Shown piece by piece: positions 39,426 through 51,400 of a stretch of 64,000 nucleotides of DNA. Made by a program: the position numbers and the translations under genes. Position 1 is the stretch's first letter. Each line of letters opens with the position of its first letter. The notes under the pieces were generated by a model, which ran no database searches, had not been told where the DNA came from, and was given only the letters and a program-made list of their open reading frames with translations. The stretch comes from Haliotis rufescens (lineage: Eukaryota): NCBI RefSeq assembly GCF_023055435.1, contig NW_025964353.1, positions 682,001-746,000 of the forward strand. Direction: 5' to 3'.

Positions 39426-42400
39426 ATGGCGACCTTTCTGGCCGTCAACTTGGTGAAGTATCTCTGCACTTGTGGAAAGCGCCAGCCTATATGTAGATTA
39501 TATTTGTGTCGCCATTGCTTGAAACTGCGGTGCGGAGAGTGTGTTCAACATGAAGTAAGTGGTTTGGTTCTGTTGCAATGTCTTTATTTCGGTAAAACGC
39601 TCTTTTTGTTTTAGACGCCCATTTTTCGCGCACCTAGAACACCGGAGCGAATAATTTATTATCATTTTTAACAGCAATGATGTTTTCACGTATCTTTGAA
39701 TACTCCACAGGTTGACACGCCATATTGCCCGAACTGTTTGGAAAATCTACCCTCTGCTGAAGCCAAAATGAGGAAAAACAGGTACGATTAACTTGCGAAT
39801 GAGGATGCCTGTCTCGGTTGTGATGCTGTCCAACCAGCGGTAATCACAGAACGGTGTATGATGTGTCAGTCGAGGCATAATATATACGTGAGAACGGAGT
39901 ATATATCATACACAATCTGATCGGTGTATCACAAAAACTGATTTGCAACATTTCTTTTCGGAGCAAATTAGTGATGACCCCAGTTTCTTTGATATCATTT
40001 TACCCTGTAATTCATAACATATCAAACTTAGACAGCTGTCAAATGTTTAGTCTAAACCTCCACCTCTAATAAGACCAACAGTTTTACAACTGGAATAGCC
40101 TGTGTTCAAGTATGTGCATGCTTGTCATTTGGTACGGGATAACCAATGACTTCACGATGATCACCCTAATTTGCATAAGGATCTGCTACTACAGTCATGT
40201 CTTACTGGGGACGTAATGGAGTCTTACGTTTATTTATAATATTTTTAGTCAACAATTCATTTGAGAAAACATAGGCCCACCTCAAACTAAACATTTCCCC
40301 TATGCAACACATGTACTTGTAGTTTCCTTCCTGTCAAATTTTAGATGCAGCAACTGTTTTGACTGTCCAAGTTGCGGCCACACGTTGATGACTCGTGCCA
40401 CCAGTCTCATGGTAGCAAACCCTGATGATGCCAACAAGTCAACTCCCAAAAAAATGTACTACATGGCCTGTGGATTCTGTCGCTGGACTACACGGGATGT
40501 GGGGATGGCGGACCAGCTCTCTTGTAGGTTTACATGGCCAAGCCTCCATTAATCATTGATTATTATGTACAGACAATTTTACAAATCTCCTTTACAGTGA
40601 TTCCTCGGCATAACGCTCCTCAGTGTACCTCTAGCCCAGATGCAGCGCTGGGTAACCCGTGGCTCCCAAAACTTCATGAAGAATTTCCCTAAAAAGCCTG
40701 TAAATATAGTAACAAATAAATTGATGAGATTTAATTCCTAATCGCAGTACACATGTGTATTTGTTAAGCAAGTATGTTCGTGATACATTGTATCCATTCT
40801 GCCTTTTGCCCCGGTTGTGTAAAACATAATGTTTTGTCGGATCTTAGGTTTTCGACGTCATATGTTTTCGGACAGCCATGTCTATCATGATTACTCACAC
40901 TATAATTTGTAGCTTCACACAGACATTTGAAACACTCTGATGAGGGCTTGCTTTTAGGAGAAAATTGTCTATGATGATTTACCGTTGTTCATGTGATTAG
41001 AGAGAAAACTACAAATGTAGTTTGGAAACAGACCATGTTCCTTCTGAGTAACCAGAATATAACAATTGTTTGCTTCCATATTGAACATCCAGTCATAAAA
41101 TAATACTATGATTCATTTACACTAATACTAATTAATATTGAGTATTGAGTATTATTATCTAATTTCCACATACATTTTGAATAATCATCTACGGTCAAGG
41201 TTACATAGACCTACATTCATGTCACTTGTCACTGTTGAAATAATAATGTTCCATTCACTACCATCATTGCGTAATGTGCTGATCATCAGCAATGAATATC
41301 TGTATAGCGCTCCTTCCTAGAACGCGAGGTCAGGATCTTGGACCCCGATGGCAGCGGCATATCAAGGAATCACTGTATTTTCTAATTTGGTTTTAGCATT
41401 TCCCACTCCTTATGATCATGTTAATAATAAAGTTTTAGACTTTTCCTATCTCACACTATGCATCTCTTCTTTCTTCTTCAATCATATGCGGAAACATGCT
41501 TAAACAAAGTTTCCAGCTTCCAAAAACTATTCACTCGAACACATCCCAGCATCACCATGGTCACCACCCAAACAAATGGTGTCATGCACTGTAGTGCTCC
41601 CAAATTTCCGGCTTCGGGCTGACTGACACAGGTTCTTCATATACACTTGTATTCAAAATCCATCTTCCAACACAATACACCTCCTGCACTCACACAGGTT
41701 GTCACTCAACTGCCTGCCTAGAGCAAACCAAGATGGCCGCCATAAAGTCATTCTCAAATCATAGACAGCAGTTTAGTATTCGAGGGTAAGTTTCGTATCC
41801 ACACATTAACAGCTTCCGCCACCAGTCATGCTCATTGTCGACTGACCCTATACAGAAGACTTGGTTTATTTGCAAGAAATTGGTCCATCATGGATGATCC
41901 TCCAACTCGCACCTTCTACAGACCGGGTATAGACTGCCCTTGACTATGACTCCACCCACAATGTCCACTCCGTTTACCCGAACGATTCGGGACAGCCAGC
42001 TCTTGATCCTCGAACGTACTATAGCCTCAACATGTATGCCCTTCCTTGGACCGGCGTTCTACCATGACTCCATTGATCAATTTTAGTAGTGCCCGTTTTA
42101 CCAATTTGGAAATTTTTCTCATAAATAGAAAATTTATATACTTATCCTATCTCACACGCTATATGCGGGACCGACTATCTCTGCATCACAGGTAGATCCC
42201 CTAGCCTGTTCGCTCTGGCAGGGGTAAGCACGTGATCAGGTCATGGAGGTCGCTATGCATGGGGCCCATTTGTTTGGGTGATGACCATGGTGAAGCAGGG
42301 AATGGGATGTGTTTGGGTGAATTATTTTTTTTAAGCTGGAAACTTTGTTGCACTTTTCCACATGGAATCGAAGAAGAATGAAGAGATGCATTGCGTGAGA

Positions 42401-45400
42401 TAAGTATATAAATATACAATTTATTGGAAAATTATTCCAGCAATATCATGGTTCATCAATTTATTTTAATGAGTATATTGTTTTTCAATGTATGACCCAA
42501 ACCAACCTTATCTTTATTTTCATATCATATCAGAACATTTATTCATGCATTTGTTGCTGTTATTGCCAGTGTAGATCTGATACGTTTATTTATGGACCAG
42601 TGACTATTTGTTGCAGCCAGTGGAGGATGGCAGGACCAGGAGAATGAGCAAGTCAAGCGGGTAAGGCTACACTCCTCTTGGTCCTAGGCCCCACTTCCGC
42701 AGTGAATGTAAAGTACCCCTGCATGACAGCATTTCATTTCCACATTATTTCCTTTGTACGATTAGGGAACAAAACTTACACCTGTATATTTTTCCGGTTA
42801 TTTCCTCAGTGCCAATATTTCTTTTTGTTTGTTTGTTGTTTAAAGCCGCACTTAGCAATGTTCCAGCTATATGACGGCCATCTGTAAATAATCGAGTGTG
42901 GACCAGACAACCCATTGATTGACATTATGAGCATCGATCCACGCAATTGAGACATGCATCAACCAAGTCAGCGAGCATGACCACCTGATCCTGATAGTCA
43001 CCTGTTACGGGAAGCATGGGTTCCTGAAGACCAATTCTACCCAAAGTCTTCACGGGTCTTTTACAGCTGAACATGATCATGATATGTTCACAAGTGACAT
43101 AAATCATGCAGTTATTATTATTTCCATTAACAACTGATTAAGGCCAAAGAGTTTTCTAAAGTTTGAGGACCATGCTAGGGTAATGAATTCCTGATTCTAG
43201 GTTTTAGAGAGTTGAAACATGAATGATATTCATCACTCTGTTTTCATACAATAAGTGAACTTGAGACAGGCCTAATTGCAACCTGCTGTTGCTTGCCATA
43301 GGTGTGTTTGTTGTGGGTTTGACCATAGTTTTGATCTTGGTTTGTCTGCACCATACTCACTGTGTATTTCTCTGAAGTGGTCAATGTCTATAGCATGCAT
43401 TGGAGACTCCTACAATATTAAGCTGACATGCCCTGATTTTGCCATGTCAACAAATACTGTTCAAAGAGGTTTGTGAACCAAACTCACATACACTCACTGT
43501 ATAAAGGCTTAAGTGTCAACAGTGGGAGAATATTGATATTCCAACAAATCATGTTGTATGCACTAATGTGCCATACATCTTTCAGATAAACTCCCTGTTG
43601 GATTATCTTCCAATAATGTGCTATACATCTTTCAGATAAACTCCCTGTTGGATTATCTTCCAATAATGTGCCATACATCTTTCAGATAAACTCCCTGTTG
43701 GATTACCATCCAATAATGTGCCATACGTCTTTCAGATAAACTCCCTCTTGGATTACCATCCAATGACGTGCAATACGTCTTTCAGATAAACTCCCTCTTG
43801 GATTACCATCCAATAACGTGCCATACGTCTTTCAGATAAACTCCCTGTTGGATTACCATCGCCAGATGTCCCAGCGTGAGAAAGCAGAAAAAGAGCGCAA
43901 GAAATATGTTAAACGGAGGACTCACCTTTACTATTCAGTAAGAAGTATTCATTTCTACAACATGTACAAGGCTAGCAATGTGTAATTATGTTACTTTTTA
44001 AACTGATCCCATCTCACACATGTTGAACATACCCCCTTTGTAGTGGAAGATAATTTTCTTGATTTTGCTTCTCTAGGATAAGTACGGGCTGACATCTGTA
44101 GCTGCTGCCAAGAGAAAGTCCATTGCTGCCATGTCAAATATGAGGTTAGTACACAGGAAACATCTCACGTTTTACATTCGCCAGTATTTTAGTAAAGATT
44201 TTTTAGTAATGTGTCTTGTTTGTTTGTTTGTTTGTTTGTTGTTGTTGTTTCACTCTGAACTCAGCAATATTCCAGCTATATGACGGCAGTCTGTAAATAA
44301 TCGAGTCTTGACCAGACAATCCTGTGATTAACATGAGCATCAATCAATTAGGATGCAATGGCATGCATCAACCAAGTCACCAAGTCTGACCACCCGCCTC
44401 TCCTGAAGATCAATTCTAATCCAGATCTTCACTGGTATCCTAATTCAGTCACCTTGTATGACAATTCTACCCCAGGTCAGTGTTAGAAATTGGCACTAGT
44501 TCTGTAGTCCTTGCCAAAATGCCCAGGTATCATAAGGACAAGTAGAAATGTGCCTTTTTTAAGGGTTTTGCTACATGTTATCACTATGAGGACTAGTAGA
44601 AGACCAAAACAGTTAGTTTCTATCGCTGCAGAATAGTAATGTGTCTTCAAAAACTCACATTCAGCATGTTTATTCAATTTAAGACACAAGAAATTATGTG
44701 ATGCCTGAATAATGTGATGAGGTTAGGATTATCAGGCAAACTCTAAGTTAATAAGGTGCCAGTCTCAACATTATCTTTCCAGTGCTAGTCGATGTTCGTG
44801 ACAAAATGTAGCATCATAAAGTGCACACAAACGCTGCTCTCTTCACAGTAGTCTTCCAACTCGTACATACCCTGTCTTGACATTAAGTGTAATCGGAACG
44901 TCAGTGTTACTTTAGTTAGGCTTGAACATGGAAGTAATGAAATTCACATTAAGGATTGAAATACAAATTTGAGACCTGATAATTTCAGTATTAAGGATGG
45001 GGATGAACCTCCTGCCCCGGTCGAGCCTGGGGAGACTGTCACAGACTTTGACTCTCTCCCTGATGAGATTTTCACTGAGGCTGTGGATTTATCGAAAGGT
45101 AATGAAGCCTGACAACAACAGAAAATATCTGTCCCTGCCATGATGGTGGAGGCCTTGTGCTTTTAGCCCCAAAATCTGAAAAGGGGGCATTTTAACATTG
45201 TGCTGTATGGGTGTACCTCTGGAATATTTGAAATTTGAGCACACCGGGGCCATGTCAGAAAATTCCTAGTGTGAACCCTGACTCTGTATAGTATTCAAGT
45301 CAACCTTGTTAATGACATACAATCAGCCAAGTGACCGTGTCAGACCAACAAAGACATTAAGAGTGCAAGGGCCTTTTTCTATTTATATATTTATGTCATA

Positions 45401-48400
45401 GACAAGTAAATATTTTTCTGAATTTTTTGGTAACATGTTGGGAGTATTTGCCTTTGTTGTACATGTTTCACCTCTGTCTATCATTTAACGTATTTGTGTG
45501 ATGATTCAGCATCGAGCATGAAGCAGAGACTGGCCACGCCCGAGTTCCAGCCTCCAGGTGCCTTGAAGCTCTATCCGCAGCACAAGCACCTGTTGATCAG
45601 GAAATCTCTCAGGTGCAAGGTGAGGAGGAACTGACAGAAGCCTTTGAAAAGCCTTCTACATCTTTGATGTAAAAATACAAGAGTGACCTCCCCTCAAATT
45701 GTCTCCCTTTATCATAAGTGTCTGGCCCGTTCACAAACTGTTGACTTCCGTATTACATTACTTCCACATTGACAGGGCAAAATAATGACAGATGGTCATT
45801 TATAGAGTTAATATCGCTTCATGGTATTTGTTATTCTCTTGAAAATATTTCGTATTAAACTGTAAAATCTTTTATTCAACTCTTCAATCGAGACTGTTTG
45901 TTTCGCAAAGTACCATTTTAGTTACTTGACCAGCGTGTATCCTTTTGCTTCCAACAGCAGTCTTGAAGTTTTCAAGAATATTTTTTGTTTAAGTTGACAC
46001 ATGAAATATCCTCTATTTCTTCCATGTTATTTAATGTTAGAAGCCAGTATTTAACGCCTCTTCTGTATGGTATTCTTCAGGAGTGTGAACATAACCTGAG
46101 CAAGCCTGACTTTAACCCAGTCTCCATCAAGTTCAAGATCCAGCTTATAGCACTGTAAGTTGCATGTACATTGACTTTACATACAACGAAACGTGAAGTA
46201 ACGTGTTGGTGTCACAGGATCACACATCTAATTGTGACATGTGTTAAGGCATCTTCCCGAGGCAAATGAGTTAACTGTTTCAGTCCAGTTTCAGCCCACC
46301 CTTGCCGAACTAGGATGGTATTATGGAGTTATGTTTTGGCTGGACCAACGAGTCTATGCATAGTCCAATCACAATAGCGCAACGAAATCGAAATCCGGTT
46401 CGTAAACTGTCATGCAGATTTCGGTCCATTACAGAATTTGTAAAGCATGTGCACCGCCAACTCGTTGTCAACAGATATTTTCCAAGTCTTTTCATGTTTT
46501 TAATCAAGGTGCTCACGTGATTTGATGCACATCGCCATGTAAGACCCGTTTTATCACAATATAGTTTTTGATTATCGATCAGATCGTCTTGACCAGGGGC
46601 CACCATTTTGTTTGAAGCAAATGCAATTGATACGAGAGGTGGAATCTGATTGGTCCATAAGAGAGGCATAGTAAGGACATAACTCGTAATTGTCACTGGT
46701 GGTGCTATGATCGAGCCCAGGAATTCCAGCCTAGTTCAGCAAGGGGGGATACTGGACTTTTAAAGTCAGTTAACTCACTTGCCTCGGGAAGATGATGTGA
46801 AAGGTGAAGAGTGATACGTTGGAAGTCATGTTCCATTTCACATTTCCATTATTACTGTAGTAATAGAGTTTTGCGGTTCTTAAACATTTCTGAGTTTAAT
46901 GTGTGAAAATCTTTTGCACTATATTTTGTAAAGATATTGATAACTTCTTATTTTCCTACAGGAACCATGTCCCAGAGATCCGCATCCTGTCACCAGCTGT
47001 CTTCCTGCCACAGAAGGTGAGTGTTACACCATTTTCCTTGTAGCATCTTTGAGAGGCATTTAGAAGTTGGAGTACTAAGTAAGGATAAGATTTATGGATG
47101 AACAATTTCTTTATTACAATTAGGATGATGTTTTGGTTGAGGTTCTGACACCTTGCATGATAACGGTGTTAGAACCTTCACCGAAACGTCGCTCCTAATT
47201 GTAATAGAGAAGTCGTTCATACATAAATCTTATCCTTACTTATTTTCCTTGTAGCATACATTAATTTAGAAAATGGTTGCCCCACAACAAATTCCCTCTT
47301 CTTCATTTTAGCTCACCTTACTGAAAGTCAAGTGATCTGATGTCATGGTCTATTTGTCCATTGTCTGTTGTAATCTCTGAAACAATCATCCCAATGAGTC
47401 TGAAACTTCACCACTTGTTCCCACCGATGATCATGCCTACTTTGTTACCATGGGACCCGAAAAGATCCGGGGTAGAATAGGTCTTCAGCAGCCCATGCTT
47501 GCTCTAAAAGGCAACTATGCCTGTCTTTACAGGCAACTGACGGGATCGGGTGGTCAGGTTTGCTGACTTGGTGGTGCATGTCATCGATCCCAATTGCGTG
47601 AATCGATGATCATGATGTCAATCACTTGATTGTCTGGTCCAGACTTGATTATTTACAGACCGGCGTTATAAAGCTGGAATATTGCTGAGTGCGGCGTTAA
47701 ACAACAAACAAATAAACAATTGTTACCATGGCCAGAGCTCCAGATAACTTTTTGAGCAATCAAGTTTTTACTCTAGAGTTTCTATAATAATTGGGTCATT
47801 ACATTTTTCTTTAGGTAACCAATATGTTTCCACTCATCTAGTCATCACTCTATTCGTTTTTTCCCCATAATTGTGAACATTTTAAGATTTAAAAAAAAAT
47901 GAAATAATGTTTCAGATGTATGTAACTGTTCTAAATATGGCCTTGACTCGGAAAGTAAATTAGCTCATAATTGTGTTTCGGAAATTAGCTCCTTTGTACG
48001 CATGCTGAAAAAGCTTCATTGGGTATTTACGTGAGTTGTTTTTATACATTTGAGTTTTTCATTTAATGCATGCGTTTCTGTACGCAAGTTAATTGAAAGT
48101 AATTAGGTTTTGCATATTTTGGGGGAGGGTATCTTACACAAATACGCAGCTTATCTGTAACTCTGCATGGCACTATGTGATTATTATCCACTTGAAATGC
48201 TCAGAGCATTAGGTGCAGATGACATTCAGCTGTCCTTGCCAAATTGTTGCCCTGTGTGGTCACACTTGAATTGGTATAATAATACACCAGGCATTCCAGA
48301 AGGAAGACAACAATCTTATCAACTTATGAAACAGTCACGGTCCCAGTTGCTGATTGTGTTTGCACTTGTTGACACATTGTTTCCTTCCCGACAGGAGACC

Positions 48401-51400
48401 TTGGTCACGCTGACACTGAGCAACCCGTCAGTGTACAATACCACGGTGCACTTTCTGTCCCTGGATGATGAGAACGAGACTGGCGACGAGGTCAATGCCA
48501 AAGTAGGTCATATAACAGATCAAAACTATAGTGTTTGTGCTAAAGTACTGTCGGAAATGCTACAAAACTGCATTTTGCCTGTTAAAAAAGGGTATAATTT
48601 TTCACAGACAATACTTTTGGATTCCAAAACCACAACCTTCCAATCCTCATCCTGTTTCATAGCTCTTAACTATTCCATCAAGTTTCCAAGTAAATATAAT
48701 GCTACCCCATCAACGTACATGTCAATTAAGTACAATAACAGCAATATCTTGAGACCACCCCTAACTCGGTGACATTTGTACCTGTGAGAATGCACGGAAC
48801 GGTGTGAGGTCATAACCCCAGGTTATAGGCCATTTCATACATGCATGACAACACCCGAATATTTTCTAAGTTGATCATCATTTCACCCATAAAAGTACAT
48901 TTTGAAGGTAATCACATTGTCAGTTAGGACAGGCTAGATTAGGGCAATTTGCATTATTTTGATATATGCTCTTTTTATAGTCCTATGATTTGTTTTTATT
49001 AAATGAAACCAGAAAAGCAGTTTTCTAGCATTTCCGACAGTACTTTAAGTGTAACCAAGGGAGTTTAAAAGTTTGCAGCTTTTATTTTGGTCTGTAGATT
49101 GTGAACAGGAGGAGCAGCACAAACAGGGGGAGAAAGTAACATTAGCCAAATGATAAGGCTAGTGATAAGTTCTCTCCCTGCCTTTATTAAGGCATGTATT
49201 CATAAATATTCACCAAATGTGAATGTTGGTCAAGAAGTTTCAAAAATACCCCAAAGCTGTAAATGTGGCAACATTGAAATCACAAATGTGGGACGTTTTG
49301 TAACAGTTTTGAAGTAAGATAAGAATAAAGCCACTTGGTGGTAACACTTGAATGATTGTTTGTTTTGTTAGTTTTGTCATTAAGTGGTACATATTTGAAA
49401 CATATCTTCATAACGTACATACTTCTCTATATGTTTCTATTGTTCGCGTTTCTTTTGGCGGTCATTATAGAATGACATGTCTTATATTTGAACTAATAAA
49501 CTTCAAGCTAGCACTCATGTCAATTGACCAATGGCTGATCAGGAAAGCAATATCACATTGGAGATAACATTTTATTGCACACGAGCAGTATTTCTTGTTG
49601 GTGTAAGGATAACAAAATATGGGTTAATAACTTAAATCCTAAAGCTAGAGGGTACATTATCATGATGATGGTTTACGTCATGAAATGGGTGAACTGAAAG
49701 TTTCTGTGAACAGTAATTGCTGATGGTCAACCGTGCTCTGCATGCATTCAGATGTGTTTTGGAGGTGAGAGATTCGGAGCCTAGTAACGAATTCTATTGT
49801 GTATCTGGAATGCTATGTATGTACTGACATACTGTCCATGTAACTCCTCAGTGTGTGCTGCCAAAGGGAGAGTTAGTGATCGCACGTCGTGACGATGCTG
49901 CCATGTACGATGATCAGAACCAGCTGCAGCAAGAGTTCAAGGATGACCCTGGGTGAGTCTCAACTATAGGGAGAAGCTGTTACAAAGATTCAATGTTTTA
50001 CATTAGGCTTAAAAAAATAGAATAACTTGTTCTCAGGCAGTGACATTTGAAAATATAGTGCGGGCGGATGGTGTTTTTTTTTGTTGCTTGTTCAAACTAG
50101 TATGAAACCAAATAAACAGTTGTGTTCCAAGAACCTGGGAAAGAGCCTCCCTTCATAAACAAGCATACAAACTCCTATTGCTACCTTACCATACCACGCG
50201 ATGCGCCATAATGCAGTGCACATGGTAAGGTTAGTAACTGTGTGCTTTATTGGATTGCATTGTTTTTAAGTATTAGGATTTTAATTTTGAAAATGGAAAT
50301 AAACACAAAATGTGCGGCAGGTTTTATGATGATGTGGGTTGCACCTGAGAACCAAGACTATTACTTTTTTTAGCCTTACAATAACCTGGTATGAGCATCG
50401 CCAGAACACAATGGTAGTGTTTGCACAAACTTTGTGCAGTAAGTTTTAATTCATTCATCATTACTTTAATTCGGGAATAAGGCCTCAGGCTCTTGTACAA
50501 TTGATAACAAATATTCTTTGAACAATGGGTACAACATATCAAACTAGAGACAGGTATGAAGATCAAAGAATTGACAGATCTTTGATTTAAAAATTTATAT
50601 TCTGTATAACCAACCCCACAGATGTTAAGGTTACTTAGTGTGTATGCTTCAGTCCCTCAGCATAAGGGTCGGTCGGGTAGCCTAGTGGGTAAAGCGTTCG
50701 CTCGTCACGCCGAAGACCCGGGTTCGATTCCTGACATGGGTACAATGTGTGAAGCCCATTTGTGGTGTCCCCCGCCGTGATATTGCTGGAATATTGCTAA
50801 AAGTGGCTAAAACAATACTCACCCACTCACCCCTCATCATAAGAAGAGACCCGTGAAGATCCGGGGTAGAATATAGGTCTTCAGCAACCCATGCTTGTCG
50901 TAAGAGGCAACTAACGAGATCGGGTGGTCAGGTTCGCTGACTTGGTTGATGCATGTCATTGTATCCTAATTGCGTGGATTAGCTAGGTTTGGACAGATTC
51001 CTGCCTAATGATAAAAACAATTTCAAGCTGAATGTCGGGACAGTTTCCCTGTGTTGAAGAGGAGCTAGGCTCCGACCATTTGGCAGTTGTAGCAAGTTGG
51101 ATTCAAATCACCAGCAACCCATGCCTGTTGAAATTAGTGATTAACAGGATCACGTGGTCAGGTTAGCTGGCTCTGTTGATGTATGTCATCCCATCCAACT
51201 GCGTAGATTGATGCTCATGATGTCTATCACAGGATTGTCTGGTCAAGACTCTATTATTTACAGGCTGCCATCATATAGCTGGAATATTGCTGAGTGCGTA
51301 GTTTAAAAACAAACAAACAAAACAAAATCATAAGAAGATCTATGTAATGCGTGACTAGTCTCCGTGATCTAGGGACTATTTCCAGTCTAGGCCTAGATGT

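Noticed and set aside
48167-48772. 201-aa ORF as a standalone gene
   Set aside because: Only 48395-48502 is DCTN4 exon 11; the rest is intron read-through.
50667-50740. Possible tRNA genes here and at 10826, 37220 and 9630
   Set aside because: The tRNA-like heads continue into SINE bodies with tails and TSDs; no complete acceptor stem.
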